DNA of 64,000 nucleotides, taken from the NCBI GenBank assembly GCA_041483895.1, contig JBGPGO010000005.1, forward strand, positions 160,001 through 224,000. Direction: 5' to 3'. The notes beneath the pieces were generated by a model that saw nothing but the letters and a program-made list of their open reading frames with translations, did no database searches and was not told where the DNA came from. Origin of the DNA: Fimbriimonadia bacterium. Its GTDB lineage: Bacteria > Armatimonadota > Fimbriimonadia > Fimbriimonadales > JABRVX01. A program made the translations under genes and the position numbers. Positions 54,505 to 64,000 of the stretch are shown here, one piece after another; position 1 is the first letter of the stretch; every line of letters starts with the position of its first letter.

Positions 54505-54978
54505 TCAGCTCGCTGCTTTCTTCACGAGCGCGGCGATTCGTTTCTCGTCGGCCGCTGTCAACTTCGTCAGCGCGAAGGCGATCGGCCACATCGCGCCATC
54601 GTCGATCTTCGCGCTGTCGTTAAAGCCGAGCGTCATGTACCTCTCGCTGAACTTCTCCGCGCCGCGAAAGAACAAAACAACCTTGCCGTCCTTGTTGGCA
54701 TAGGCGGGCATCCCGTACCAGGTCTTCGGCGAGAGGGCCGGCGCGTTGGATTTGATAATCGCATGGAGCCGCTCGCCTATGGCCCGAGACGACGCCGGCA
54801 TCGCGGCGATCGACGCGAGCAGTTCGCTTTCCCCGTCCGCCTTGCGCGCTTCCGCCTTCAGCTCCTTGGCGCGCGCCCTCATCGCGGCTTTTTCCGCATC
54901 CGTGAACCCCTGATTCTTGTCCGGGCGCGGGCGGGGCTTTTTCTGATCGGGAGTCGTCTCTTCCTTGGCTTTTTTCAT
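54505..54978 (-). CDS. DUF1801 (YdhG-like) protein
   Basis: [18 protein letters not shown]....KF..RY.TLGF. Confidence 0.8.
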   Translation of the reverse strand: MKKAKEETTPDQKKPRPRPDKNQGFTDAEKAAMRARAKELKAEARKADGESELLASIAAMPASSRAIGERLHAIIKSNAPALSPKTWYGMPAYANKDGKVVLFFRGAEKFSERYMTLGFNDSAKIDDGAMWPIAFALTKLTAADEKRIAALVKKAAS

Positions 54979-54995
54979 ACGTTACTCTTTCAAAG

Positions 54996-55083
54996 TGGCG
55001 GAGCGAGTAGGATTCGAACCCACGTTCCATTGCTGGAAAACGGTTTTCAAGACCGCCGCCTTAAACCACTCAGCCATCGCTCC
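54996..55083 (-). tRNA. tRNA-Ser(TGA)
   Basis: GGAGCGA/TCGCTCC acceptor stem, encoded CCA, CT-TGA-AA anticodon loop, long variable arm, GGTTCGAATCC. Confidence 0.95.
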
Positions 55084-55142
55084 GCAAAAAACGCGGCCAC
55101 TTGGGAATTCTCGTAGAAAACACCTGCCAAGCGGGGCCGCGG

Positions 55143-56246
55143 CTACTTGCTATACGGCGAACAGAGCGGGTCCCCGACCACGATATCCTTCCACTTGAGC
55201 AGTGGCGTCGCCATGTAGAAGCTTTCGGCCAAATTATACCCGGAGGTGTAACGATCGAACAGGATGCTGGCCGGGCACAGGGCTATCGTATAGGGCTCCG
55301 ACACATACCCCTTCACTCCCGTCACGCCCCCTGCGATCAGGTCCGCAATCAGGCTCTGGCCGGTCGAAGTGGGCCACATGGTCCGCCCGCTGGTGCTGAC
55401 CGCCGTTTCGGCGATCGCACCAGGAGCAAACGTAATGGCCTTATACGCGCCGGTATCAAAACTGTAGTCGTTGCTTCCCCACGAATAATATCCGGCGAGA
55501 TTGGTGCGGCGACCCATGAATGCCTTGGTGTCCTCCAGATAAGAGTCCAGCCCCTTGGATTTCACGATCGCCGCGGCCTTCTTCATCGAATCGTTGATCA
55601 TGTCGTATCCGGCGCCATTGCGCCGCGGGTCCTCATCGAACAAGAAGGTGCCCTTCGAAGGTTTCGCGGCCATCGAGTTATCCACCAGCTTCATTGCATC
55701 CTCGACCGTGTAGCCGTCCAGCCGCGTCACCAGGTAGAAGCCGTATTTGGCCTTGGAAAAGTGCTCACTCTTGTTGAAATAGGGGTTGGCGGCCTTTTGG
55801 AAGCTGGCCGGCTTGGTGTCGGGAATCGCGTCGAATTTCATCTCCATCGTCGCGAGGAACGCATCAACAGAGTAGCCGCCGCCGGTGATGCGCAGAGGGA
55901 TGCCTTTCGTGAGGACAATGTAATCGATGCGATTCTTCAGCGTGTTTACCGTGAGGAATCTCTCGATCGGACTCTCGATGTGCATCTTGTACGAATCGAG
56001 CGAAACCTCTTCATTCGGCGCGATCTCAATGTCGATAACATTGGATATCGGAATGCCGCGTTTCTGAATGTAGTATTCGGCAATGCGCTTGGCTGTGGGA
56101 CTGGCAACATTCTTGACAACCAGCACGTGGGATTCCGGCCCGGTCGAGACAGGCGCAACGTCGGCCTTCTCCCTGTTTTGGACAGCCGAAACCTCAGGCG
56201 TACAGCCAAATGCCATCAGCATGGCGAAAAGCGCCAACGGATACAT
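55143..56246 (-). CDS. TIGR03790 family lipoprotein (PEP-CTERM/EPS-associated)
   Basis: AFGC lipobox; IAEYY..KRGIP, YIVLTKGIP, LVTRLDG, G.V.EPY, GDPL..P. Confidence 0.8.
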   Translation of the reverse strand: MYPLALFAMLMAFGCTPEVSAVQNREKADVAPVSTGPESHVLVVKNVASPTAKRIAEYYIQKRGIPISNVIDIEIAPNEEVSLDSYKMHIESPIERFLTVNTLKNRIDYIVLTKGIPLRITGGGYSVDAFLATMEMKFDAIPDTKPASFQKAANPYFNKSEHFSKAKYGFYLVTRLDGYTVEDAMKLVDNSMAAKPSKGTFLFDEDPRRNGAGYDMINDSMKKAAAIVKSKGLDSYLEDTKAFMGRRTNLAGYYSWGSNDYSFDTGAYKAITFAPGAIAETAVSTSGRTMWPTSTGQSLIADLIAGGVTGVKGYVSEPYTIALCPASILFDRYTSGYNLAESFYMATPLLKWKDIVVGDPLCSPYSK

Positions 56247-56384
56247 AAGAACTACCCTCTTGATCAAGCGTGCACGAACAGGTAATACGGCCATCATGCC
56301 CTCGCGGTTAGCCAGGCAAAAGATACAAATGAGGAAAACCAGCTAGCAGCAGGATACCACGACGCGAACTATCAGTCCAGGGTG

Positions 56385-57572
56385 TTAGGCTACTTTTGTC
56401 TCGGGTATTTGCTGGAATTGCCCGATGGCGTGGACGGCCGCCGTATCCATCCCCGTCATCAGCTCATCGTACAACTGTTCGATGATTGCGGACTGCCGTT
56501 CGATATCGTGGAGTCGCGTGACCCTCTCCCTCGCGGCTTCACCCATCACTTCCCACAATTGCGGGCTGTCGGCCAAGAGAAGGATGGACTCGGCCAGAGC
56601 GTCCACATCGTGCTCGTCGACGAGGAACCCGGTCACCCGCTCTTGGACCAACTCCGGGATTCCGGAATGCCTGGTGGAAATCACGGGCAGGCCGCGCGCC
56701 ATCGCCTCCATTACCGTCGCCGGGATGCCTTCCCGGTCCCCGTCCGGCGCGGTGACGCTGGGCTGAATGTAGATTTGTGTTTCCGAAAGGATCTGCGCCA
56801 CTTCTTGGAGGGGAATATGACCGGTTAAGACCACCTCGCTGCGAAGGTGGCTATTTGCAATCTGCTGTTCGATGGCGGGGCGCAGCGGGCCGTCGCCGAC
56901 GAGGAACAGCTCCAACCCGGGGCGGTCCACCGTGGCCCTGCGGAATGCCTCGATGAGGTCGCTTAGCCCTTTTTTGGGCCGGAAGCCTGCCACGCAGGTG
57001 ATCCGGGTCGTCGGCCCCGGTTTCGGCGGCTGGAAGGCAAACTGATTGAGATCGATCCCAACCCGCACCGTCTGGACCTTTTCGGACGGACAGCCCAGCG
57101 AGATAAGGTGCATCCTCATGTGGTTGGAGACGGCGAGAATTCGAGTTGCGCGTTGGAACAGGGTGCGCAGGTATTTGCCGGCCAACCCGCAGTACAGGTT
57201 CGGAAACCGATACGCGTCGTGGCCGTGAAAGGTAACCAACAAAGGAAGGTCCGCGGCGGATGCGACCGGCTGGTAGTACAAGGCGTCCGTCCCGAAATGG
57301 ACGTGCATGAGGCCGATATCACGGCAGATCATCTCCATGGAGTACCAATCGAGCATGGGTCCGCTGAGCCGCCGGTACCAGGTCAGCCTTCGGGCCAGGC
57401 CGTCTCCCAGAGCGGCAGGAGGCGAGCCGATGGGGTATTTGTATTCAAATCGGTCCGTTACGGTATCGGCAAACGCCATCGGCCGGTGGCGTCGAAGGGC
57501 GCAGACATGGTTATCTATGGCCGTCTCAGTCCCGCCCAACCAGACCCGTTTGAACTGCGCTACGTTTGGCAT
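56385..57572 (-). CDS. GT4 glycosyltransferase (WcaL/AmsK-like)
   Basis: HVHFG, TFHG.D, KKG, PSVTA.DGD.EGIP...MEAMA. Confidence 0.9.
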   Translation of the reverse strand: MPNVAQFKRVWLGGTETAIDNHVCALRRHRPMAFADTVTDRFEYKYPIGSPPAALGDGLARRLTWYRRLSGPMLDWYSMEMICRDIGLMHVHFGTDALYYQPVASAADLPLLVTFHGHDAYRFPNLYCGLAGKYLRTLFQRATRILAVSNHMRMHLISLGCPSEKVQTVRVGIDLNQFAFQPPKPGPTTRITCVAGFRPKKGLSDLIEAFRRATVDRPGLELFLVGDGPLRPAIEQQIANSHLRSEVVLTGHIPLQEVAQILSETQIYIQPSVTAPDGDREGIPATVMEAMARGLPVISTRHSGIPELVQERVTGFLVDEHDVDALAESILLLADSPQLWEVMGEAARERVTRLHDIERQSAIIEQLYDELMTGMDTAAVHAIGQFQQIPETKVA

Positions 57573-57596
57573 GATTCCTCTCTCAGTCCGTCCCCG

Positions 57597-57795
57597 GTAG
57601 CCGCACGCTTCAGCTTGCGTCCCATCTCCAGCGGCACGCCGCGAAATGCGCAAGCTAATGCATGCGGCTACCGGAGAACCTGACAACCCGGTTCAATTAT
57701 CGGCAAAATTGGCGCAGGCTAAAGCCTGCGGCCACAATCCTGGCTACCGGACGGCCTCAAACCGGTTTAGGACGCAGGCTAAAGCCTGCGGCTGC
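57597..57795. repeat. REP-like cluster, family C (GTAG + palindrome, 4 copies)
   Basis: GTAGCCGCACGCTTCAGCTTGCG at 57597; inverted copies at 57649, 57713 and 57773. Confidence 0.8.
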
Positions 57796-57813
57796 CGTGC
57801 TATAATTGCCCCA

Positions 57814-58929
57814 ATGCTGACGGCGACTCGAACGCAGTTGAGGGTCCAACCCGTCGAAGGGAAGGACGCCCTCGATCGCTTGCGAAGCGAATGGTATCGT
57901 CTGGAAGAGGAAGGGGCCGCGGAAACCTTCTTTCAGACGTGGGACTGGAATTTCCTATGGTGGAAGCACTTCTGCGGTTCCAAGAAGCTGCACCTGACCA
58001 CCCTCTGCGCCGATGATCGCGTGGTCGCCATCTCCCCGAACTATCTCGATGGTACGATTCTTCCCGTCATGCGCTGGATCGGTTCGGGAAGTTCGGACTA
58101 CCTGGGAATGGTTGTCCATCCGAAGGACGAGGAAGAGGCCGCACGCCATTTTCGAAGCTACCTGCAAGAAGATGCGCCCATCCGCATGGCGGATCTCCAC
58201 CAAATCTCCCACCCTTCGCCGCTGGCCGATGAATTCAGCGATACCTGCTTCGAACAGGCCAAAACGGTTCGATTGAGACTGCCGGGAAGCTGGACGGAGT
58301 ACCAAGGAACCCTTTCCGCAAAAATGCGCTCAAACGTCAAACGGGCCGTCCGCGACGCCGAGGCAGCGGGAGCAACGGTGCGGTTGGCGCCGCGGGCTGA
58401 GGTGGACAAAGCCATGAGCACCCTGTTTCGCCTCCACGGTCAAAGGTGGCGCTCGCGCGGTCTGCCAGGCTCCTTTGCAACCGGCGCAACAAAGCGATTC
58501 CATGCGGATTGGGCGAGAGTTGCTTCGGACAGGAACATGCTGCGGCTGTACATTTTGGAGGTCGCCGGGAAAGCCCTGGGGGCCCTGTACTGTCTCCGCT
58601 ATCGGGACACGTATTACTATTATCAGGCGGGATTCGATCCGAGGTCCGCTAGACTGAGCCCGGGAACGGTGCTCGTAGCGCGAGCCATTCAGGACGCGAT
58701 CGCGGAAGGCTGCAAGGAGTTCGATTTTCTCCGCGGGGAGGAATGGTATAAGTCGAGGTGGAAACCTACAGAGACCCACGTAAATGTGCGTGCGACAGTG
58801 CCGATTCGGGGGACGGGCAGCCGTTGGTATTGTAACTGGCTGCGCAAGACGCATGAGGTTGAATTGGCTTTGAGGCGGCGTTTTGAGGGGGGCAGCCTGT
58901 GGCGGGCGCCAAAACAGGAGCAAGGGTGA
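57814..58929 (+). CDS. GNAT family acetyltransferase (CelD/BcsL-like)
   Basis: FQTW.W...W, SDY, YQ.GFDP, SPG..L, FDFLRGEE.YK.RW. Confidence 0.85.
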   Translation: MLTATRTQLRVQPVEGKDALDRLRSEWYRLEEEGAAETFFQTWDWNFLWWKHFCGSKKLHLTTLCADDRVVAISPNYLDGTILPVMRWIGSGSSDYLGMVVHPKDEEEAARHFRSYLQEDAPIRMADLHQISHPSPLADEFSDTCFEQAKTVRLRLPGSWTEYQGTLSAKMRSNVKRAVRDAEAAGATVRLAPRAEVDKAMSTLFRLHGQRWRSRGLPGSFATGATKRFHADWARVASDRNMLRLYILEVAGKALGALYCLRYRDTYYYYQAGFDPRSARLSPGTVLVARAIQDAIAEGCKEFDFLRGEEWYKSRWKPTETHVNVRATVPIRGTGSRWYCNWLRKTHEVELALRRRFEGGSLWRAPKQEQG

Positions 58930-59660
58930 AAATAAAAGCGTTCAGACTGACATTTCTGGTGATGGCGGCAGCGGGCGCCGTGTTCTCGTCCGGCTGCAAA
59001 AGCACCGCCCTCATGTCCAAGCAGGACGAGATCAAGATTGGCGAGCAGGGATCGGTCGAGGTCGAGAAGCAATACAAACTCGACCGGAATCCTGCCGACC
59101 AAGAGATGATCCAGAGCATCGGCAAAAAACTCCTCGCTTCAAACAAGATTGCGGATTACCCGTATACCTTCAAAGTCCTCGATTCAAAAGAGGTCAACGC
59201 TTTCTCATTGCCGGGCGGCCCGGTCTACGTGTTCAAAGGCCTGGTAGACCTGACGGAAGGCGATGAAGACGAGTTGGCATCGGTTGTCGCGCACGAAATG
59301 GGGCATATCGTCCACCGGCATGTGGCCAAGCAGTACACGCAGGGGTTCTGGCTCGACCTTCTCGTGACGTTGGGCACCCGCGGCGCGGCCCAGGATATCG
59401 CCAATATCGGCTCTCTGATGGCGCAGCTTCATTTCAGCCGGGAAGATGAATATGAGGCAGACCGATCGGGCATCTTATACACCCATAACGCCGGGTACGA
59501 CCCCAACGGCATGATCCGATTTTTCCAGAAGCTCCAACGTGGCGAGGGCAAGTCGAACGATTTCGATAAGATCCTGCGAACCCACCCACTGACCAAGGAC
59601 CGAATCGACAAGGCGAAACAGGAAATCGCCAAAGTGTCAGGGAGTCCGAAGCAGCCATGA
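58926..59660 (+). CDS. M48 family metallopeptidase lipoprotein
   Basis: SSGC lipobox; VNAF.LPGG, HEMGH, E.EAD, THP....R. Confidence 0.9.
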   Translation: MKIKAFRLTFLVMAAAGAVFSSGCKSTALMSKQDEIKIGEQGSVEVEKQYKLDRNPADQEMIQSIGKKLLASNKIADYPYTFKVLDSKEVNAFSLPGGPVYVFKGLVDLTEGDEDELASVVAHEMGHIVHRHVAKQYTQGFWLDLLVTLGTRGAAQDIANIGSLMAQLHFSREDEYEADRSGILYTHNAGYDPNGMIRFFQKLQRGEGKSNDFDKILRTHPLTKDRIDKAKQEIAKVSGSPKQP

Positions 59661-60385
59661 GGGTCGCCTGCGTGATCCCCGCCTATAACGAAGAAAAGCG
59701 GATCCGAAGCGTGTTGGATGTCGTGACCCGCTGCAAGATCGTCAACGAGGTGATCGTGGTTAGCGACGGATCGTCTGACGGCACCTTTTCCATTGCCCGG
59801 TCCATTCCGGGCGTTCGGGTGTATGCGCTCCCAAAGAACGTAGGCAAGGGGGCGGCTATGCGCGCCGGCGCAAGCCTCACCAATGCTGACATCTTGCTGT
59901 TCCTTGACGCCGATCTGATCCGCCTAACGCCCGATCACGTCGGCGACCTCGTTCGGCCGGTCCTTTCCGGCGAAGTGACAATGGCCATTGGCAAGTTTCG
60001 TGGCGGCAGGTTCCTCACGGACCTGGCGCAGGCCGTTTCCCCAAACATCAGTGGGCAGCGGGCGGTCCAGCGCGATTGCTTTCTTCGGGTGCCGAAGCTG
60101 ACGACAGCGCGAATGGACGTGGAAGTGCGCATCAACATGTTCGCTCGGAGCCGCCTCTGGAAAATCCGCACGGTGCCGCTCTACGGCGTAACCCACCCGC
60201 TCAAGGAAGAGAAGCTCGGATTTGTTCGAGGGGCGTGGTCGAGGGCGAAAATGTACCGGGATATTGCCTTCGCGGTCGTCTTCGATCGGCAAGCCCAAAA
60301 GGAAACAATCGACATCGAAGCGTTTGCCGCGGCTTCATTGGAACGCGAGCGCCTCCGCCAGTACGCCGTCAAACCGCCGAACTAG
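59657..60385 (+). CDS. GT2 glycosyltransferase
   Basis: IPAYNEE, DGS.D.T, N.GKG.A, FLDAD, SGQR. Confidence 0.9.
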   Translation: MRVACVIPAYNEEKRIRSVLDVVTRCKIVNEVIVVSDGSSDGTFSIARSIPGVRVYALPKNVGKGAAMRAGASLTNADILLFLDADLIRLTPDHVGDLVRPVLSGEVTMAIGKFRGGRFLTDLAQAVSPNISGQRAVQRDCFLRVPKLTTARMDVEVRINMFARSRLWKIRTVPLYGVTHPLKEEKLGFVRGAWSRAKMYRDIAFAVVFDRQAQKETIDIEAFAAASLERERLRQYAVKPPN

Positions 60386-61002
60386 ACCATCCCTAGCTTC
60401 TGCAGTATGAGCAACGCGATGTACGTGGAATCCATCTCGGTATAGCTTGCCACGCGCTCAATCAACCGCGCGACGCTCCGATCGCCCACTTCGTCCAGGT
60501 CCTTGCCGACGGTCTCAATCGCCTCCACAATCACCCCAACCGCAGTCGTTAGGTACTTAGCCCGATTCTGCGGCAGACTCTTGTTGGTTATCCCGGCGTA
60601 AATGCGCGAAAGCTGCTCGTAGGCGCTTTCCCACGCCTGCTCCTTCAGTTTGACCTCTTTTGCCTTGAAGTATTCTTCCTGCTGAAGCCGCGTGACATGC
60701 TCTTCCCGCGTCTTGACGCTATCCCAGTCGGCCAGGGAGTCTCCGGCGATGATTTCAATTCGGATGGTGCTGATTCCCAGCGCTTTGGACAGACCCTTTT
60801 CGATGGCGCGCATTGTCGGGGTGGCCTTCAAATGGCCCAACATGCTTGAACTCTGCCCTGGGAGCCCCAAAACGACCGTGTCCCCATCCTGAACAATGGG
60901 AACGACAGCGTCCAGGGCCTGCCACAGCGTGCGGCCCGTGACTTCGTTCTTGATGCCGCTCAGCGATCCGCGCCAAGCTGCTTGAATGTCGGCCATCCAC
61001 AC
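60382..61002 (-). CDS. Hypothetical protein (N-terminus weakly DciA/DnaA-domain-I-like)
   Basis: AAGGAG RBS; 206-aa ORF. Confidence 0.7.
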   Translation of the reverse strand: MWMADIQAAWRGSLSGIKNEVTGRTLWQALDAVVPIVQDGDTVVLGLPGQSSSMLGHLKATPTMRAIEKGLSKALGISTIRIEIIAGDSLADWDSVKTREEHVTRLQQEEYFKAKEVKLKEQAWESAYEQLSRIYAGITNKSLPQNRAKYLTTAVGVIVEAIETVGKDLDEVGDRSVARLIERVASYTEMDSTYIALLILQKLGMV

Positions 61003-61060
61003 CTCTCCTTGAGACGAAAACGTGGGTCTATTATGGCTGATTGGATTGCCCGCAAATGAA

Positions 61061-61087
61061 CCGAGGGCCGGGAAACCCGGCCCTCGG
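61061..61087 (-). terminator. Terminator-like hairpin
   Basis: CCGAGGGCCGGG-AAA-CCCGGCCCTCGG downstream of the 61112 gene. Confidence 0.65.
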
Positions 61088-61111
61088 CCAATGCGACGGA
61101 TTAAGAGGGTT

Positions 61112-62665
61112 CTATGCGTCGCCTGTCTTCAAGAAGTTCATGAACACCATATTCAGTTCTGTAACGCCCACGACGCCATCTCCGTCCATATCGGGCGAAG
61201 GACCGCTGAAACTGGAGAACAGAATGTTGAGATCGAACAGATCCACTTGGTTGTTGCCGTCGGCGTCTCCACCCAACAGGGTAATCGACTGATTGGCAAC
61301 CTGCAGCGTGTCGACAGCGTAGGCAATCTTCCGCAGATAGTGCGGAACCTTGTAGGTCAGGTCAAATGTGCCCCGAGGCAGCTCCAAGGTGAAGTTGCCG
61401 TTAGAATCGACGGTCGCCGGCACGTCTCCCATATTCCAGCCGGTGTCCGACTGAATGACATTGACTTTCAGACCCGCATTGGCGACGTCGCCTTGGTACA
61501 ACTCCAGATCGACATGGCCGGAGATCACCTGCGTTTGCGGCATGCTGACCCGAATCTCCCACGGACCCGCAGCGGTCGGGATCTGCCAGACGACCCAGCC
61601 GTTCTCGTTCATTGTGACCGCTGACGCCGAGGCGCGACCCGAGCCCAGCACCGACTTCGACAGATTGGTGGTGTTGAAGAACACGTCTTGGATGGCGTCC
61701 AGATTGCCACCCTTGCCGGTCCACAAAATGTCACCCCGCTCGTTCAGCGACCAAGGTATCCCTTCTCGCTTCGTACCCAGCACTGCGGCGCTGATGTTGA
61801 CATTGTCCAGCCAAACTTCCGAACCATTGGGCTGATCGTAGGTGCCGTACTGCATCCAGAGAAGCTGATTGGCGTCGTTGATGAAGTACGACCTTGCGTT
61901 TTTGTCCGCCCCAATCACGGCGGCACTGACGTCCGTCGTCCCCTTGAACGCATGATCATGGTCTTTCCCGCCTGTGCTGGCTCCGTACCCGAACCAAGCT
62001 GGTACTCCATGATTATTCAGGTCGACGCCTACCGCCTTCCGCAACGATCCGCCGAGAATGGACTGCGAATAGTTGGTCGTGTTGATGAACATGTCATAAT
62101 TCTGTCCGTTATTGTAGCCCTTGCCATACCACAGCACGTCCCCACTGTTGTTGATGTCAACGGCAAGCCCATTTCGGTTGTTGCCGAGGCCATAGGAGAG
62201 GACGGTGCCGTCCTTGTAGACGTCCTGGGGACTTGTAGAAGTCTTCATGCATTGCCACGCCGCGCCGGCCGTCCCGACCTTGCCCACCGAAGCCCAATAG
62301 TAACTGCCCACATATTGCTGAGCGATGTCAGTTGTGCCGACAAACGCCTTGAACCGGTTGCTCGTCGCCGAGCCGTTGCCGCTCCAAGCATAGATGCCTG
62401 GGGCGCCGCTCGCGACCTTGGCAAACCGATTTGCGCCGAGGATGCTGGAAGATAGGTTGACGCCCTGAGCGAACACGTCCTGGTTGTTCGTCGCCAGGTC
62501 AACCGCCGAATAAAACAGATCCCCGTTGTTGCTCAAAACGGATCCGCCGAGAATCGCGTTGATCACCATGATTTTGGCCGTGAGGAACTTCTGGGGGGCC
62601 GTATCGGCATAGACCGATACCCCAATTACTACCGAGCTGACGAAAACGAGAAAGCTTTTCTTCAT
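61112..62665 (-). CDS. Secreted ~44-aa repeat protein with C-terminal Ig-like + dockerin-like domain (paralog 3)
   Basis: AGGAG RBS; signal peptide; IN..GD.LW.G...DVF...NLS..LG repeats; GDADGNNQVDLFD...DMDGDG.V. Confidence 0.8.
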   Translation of the reverse strand: MKKSFLVFVSSVVIGVSVYADTAPQKFLTAKIMVINAILGGSVLSNNGDLFYSAVDLATNNQDVFAQGVNLSSSILGANRFAKVASGAPGIYAWSGNGSATSNRFKAFVGTTDIAQQYVGSYYWASVGKVGTAGAAWQCMKTSTSPQDVYKDGTVLSYGLGNNRNGLAVDINNSGDVLWYGKGYNNGQNYDMFINTTNYSQSILGGSLRKAVGVDLNNHGVPAWFGYGASTGGKDHDHAFKGTTDVSAAVIGADKNARSYFINDANQLLWMQYGTYDQPNGSEVWLDNVNISAAVLGTKREGIPWSLNERGDILWTGKGGNLDAIQDVFFNTTNLSKSVLGSGRASASAVTMNENGWVVWQIPTAAGPWEIRVSMPQTQVISGHVDLELYQGDVANAGLKVNVIQSDTGWNMGDVPATVDSNGNFTLELPRGTFDLTYKVPHYLRKIAYAVDTLQVANQSITLLGGDADGNNQVDLFDLNILFSSFSGPSPDMDGDGVVGVTELNMVFMNFLKTGDA

Positions 62666-62833
62666 CTGCTCCTACCTTTCCGGCTTTAGATAATTCATTA
62701 GATTACAGACGGTTGGGAGCACAAGCGCAACAAAGCAGGAAACGACCGACTGCTTGACAGTCTGGTTTTCGAGTATATTCTACAGCAAATGGTTCGAAAA
62801 TGCCAGCACATATCGCATTAATCGATGCATTTT

Positions 62834-63136
62834 TCAAATTTCGCCCCGATCTGTCGGCATATTTGATACCGGAGAAGGTGCGGACATGATATCCGCCGGG
62901 ATTCTGCTCGCCGGCTTCAACCGATTACCCGTGACGATCAACATCAGCTCGACCGAGGTCCGTACCGCCACAGCGACGATCCTTGCCAATTCGGCCTCGA
63001 TCGACAGATCGGCCCGGCCTTCGAGTTCCAGTTCCTTCGCCACAAGCCCTTCGAGAACCTCGTAGAAGTCGCGCGAGTTCATCATGCCGAGCAGCTCTAG
63101 CCGGGTCATCCCCGGTCCTGTCCACTTGTCCTCCAT
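62834..63136 (-). CDS. Small hypothetical protein
   Basis: GGAGG RBS and an upstream promoter. Confidence 0.55.
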   Translation of the reverse strand: MEDKWTGPGMTRLELLGMMNSRDFYEVLEGLVAKELELEGRADLSIEAELARIVAVAVRTSVELMLIVTGNRLKPASRIPADIMSAPSPVSNMPTDRGEI

Positions 63137-63198
63137 GATGGCTTCCTCCGATATCCGCGGATCGCAAACAACTGTCAACAGACGTCAACAACTGCCAT

Positions 63199-63227
63199 AT
63201 ACTAGCAAAGATACAGAGCTTTGTCAA
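63199..63227 (-). promoter_or_regulatory. Sigma70-like promoter
   Basis: Minus strand TTGACA-N17-TAGTAT. Confidence 0.5.
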
Positions 63228-63360
63228 GTCTGAAGGTTCAACGTCGCATTGGGGAACCGACACCCCGAACGATTTGTCTTATTGTCCGACGAAAAGGTTC
63301 ACAGAAGGTCCTTCGTGCAGTTGGGATGGGAACCTGGATCCAATGGAGGTCTGACGGTTC

Positions 63361-64000
63361 GTGAAGTTATGCCATCGTGGATTTACCCTGATTGAGCTGC
63401 TGGTGGTAATTGCCATCATCGCGATCTTGGCGGCCATATTGTTCCCCGTGTTCGCAAAGGCGCGAGAACAGGCCAAGAGAACACAGTGCACCGCGCAAAT
63501 GAGGCAGTTGGCGCTGGTTGTCAACATGTATGCGGACGACAACAACGCATCTTTGCCTCCGTCGAGCAACTACGGCGTGGATGCTTCCGATCCAAAGCGG
63601 ATATGGACCCCCCTCGTCCAGCCCTATATGAAGGACAAGAACATCGTCCTTTGCCCCGCCGCACCGGAGAGCCATTACGCCGATAGCTGGGCCACCCGCA
63701 ATTGGCAGTCCATCGGCTACACAAACGTAACGGCATACGATGCCGCCGGTTGCGTCGAAGGCGAAGTCAATCCCACCGGCTGCGAGGGATTTACAACGAC
63801 AGTGCGGTTGCCGAAGCTGCAAGAGCCCACGCGAATCCCCCTATTTGTCGATACGCCAAACGGTGCATTGGCAAAGAAGTACCGCGGCTACTCCTTTAGC
63901 CCGTATAACGGCAAAAGCCACCCGACCGATCCAAGGCTTGGATTGCCGCTCGTTTCGGATCGGGACCTTGTGGCGGAGAATCCGGACCTGGACGCAGCTC
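63361..64000 (+). CDS. Prepilin-type N-terminal cleavage/methylation (DUF1559-like) protein, truncated by the window end
   Basis: [51 protein letters not shown]...PY.K...CP. Confidence 0.85.
   Translation, partial: MKLCHRGFTLIELLVVIAIIAILAAILFPVFAKAREQAKRTQCTAQMRQLALVVNMYADDNNASLPPSSNYGVDASDPKRIWTPLVQPYMKDKNIVLCPAAPESHYADSWATRNWQSIGYTNVTAYDAAGCVEGEVNPTGCEGFTTTVRLPKLQEPTRIPLFVDTPNGALAKKYRGYSFSPYNGKSHPTDPRLGLPLVSDRDLVAENPDLDAA

Noticed and set aside
55101..56285. 394-aa plus-strand ORF
   Set aside because: Antisense to the well-supported TIGR03790 gene
62754..62781. Plus-strand TTGACA...TATTCT promoter for a possible sRNA
   Set aside because: 16-nt spacer and no evident downstream gene or terminator; too weak to support

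Overview
GC-rich bacterial chromosomal window, probably from Armatimonadota. This is an inference from the '[30 protein letters not shown]' prepilin, a C-terminal Ig+dockerin-like domain, a PEP-CTERM protein and TIGR03790. It holds housekeeping genes (hrcA, purL, tkt, pgl-like, coaD, rsfS, nadD, obgE, tRNA-Ser(TGA)), envelope/EPS genes (GT4, GT2, heparinase II/III-like, TIGR03790, GNAT), a divergent GH51/GH127 arabinofuranosidase pair and a type IV pilus/T2SS-like cluster led by an HD-GYP phosphodiesterase. No integrase, transposase, CRISPR array or rRNA was seen. The most notable signals are: (1) at least six families of small palindromic or tandem repeats, several inserted in frame into purL (3 sites), nadD and the heparinase-like gene; (2) three paralogous secreted proteins built from an unnamed ~44-aa repeat, each with a different C-terminal anchor, two of them paired with a PQQ-like beta-propeller gene; (3) a 1259-aa orphan with a defence-like architecture near a tRNA; (4) a recurring leaderless-mRNA signature; (5) a stand-alone Rad52/Red-beta-like annealing protein and a Tat-exported dodecin-like protein. 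All family calls come from reading motifs by eye, not from database searches.
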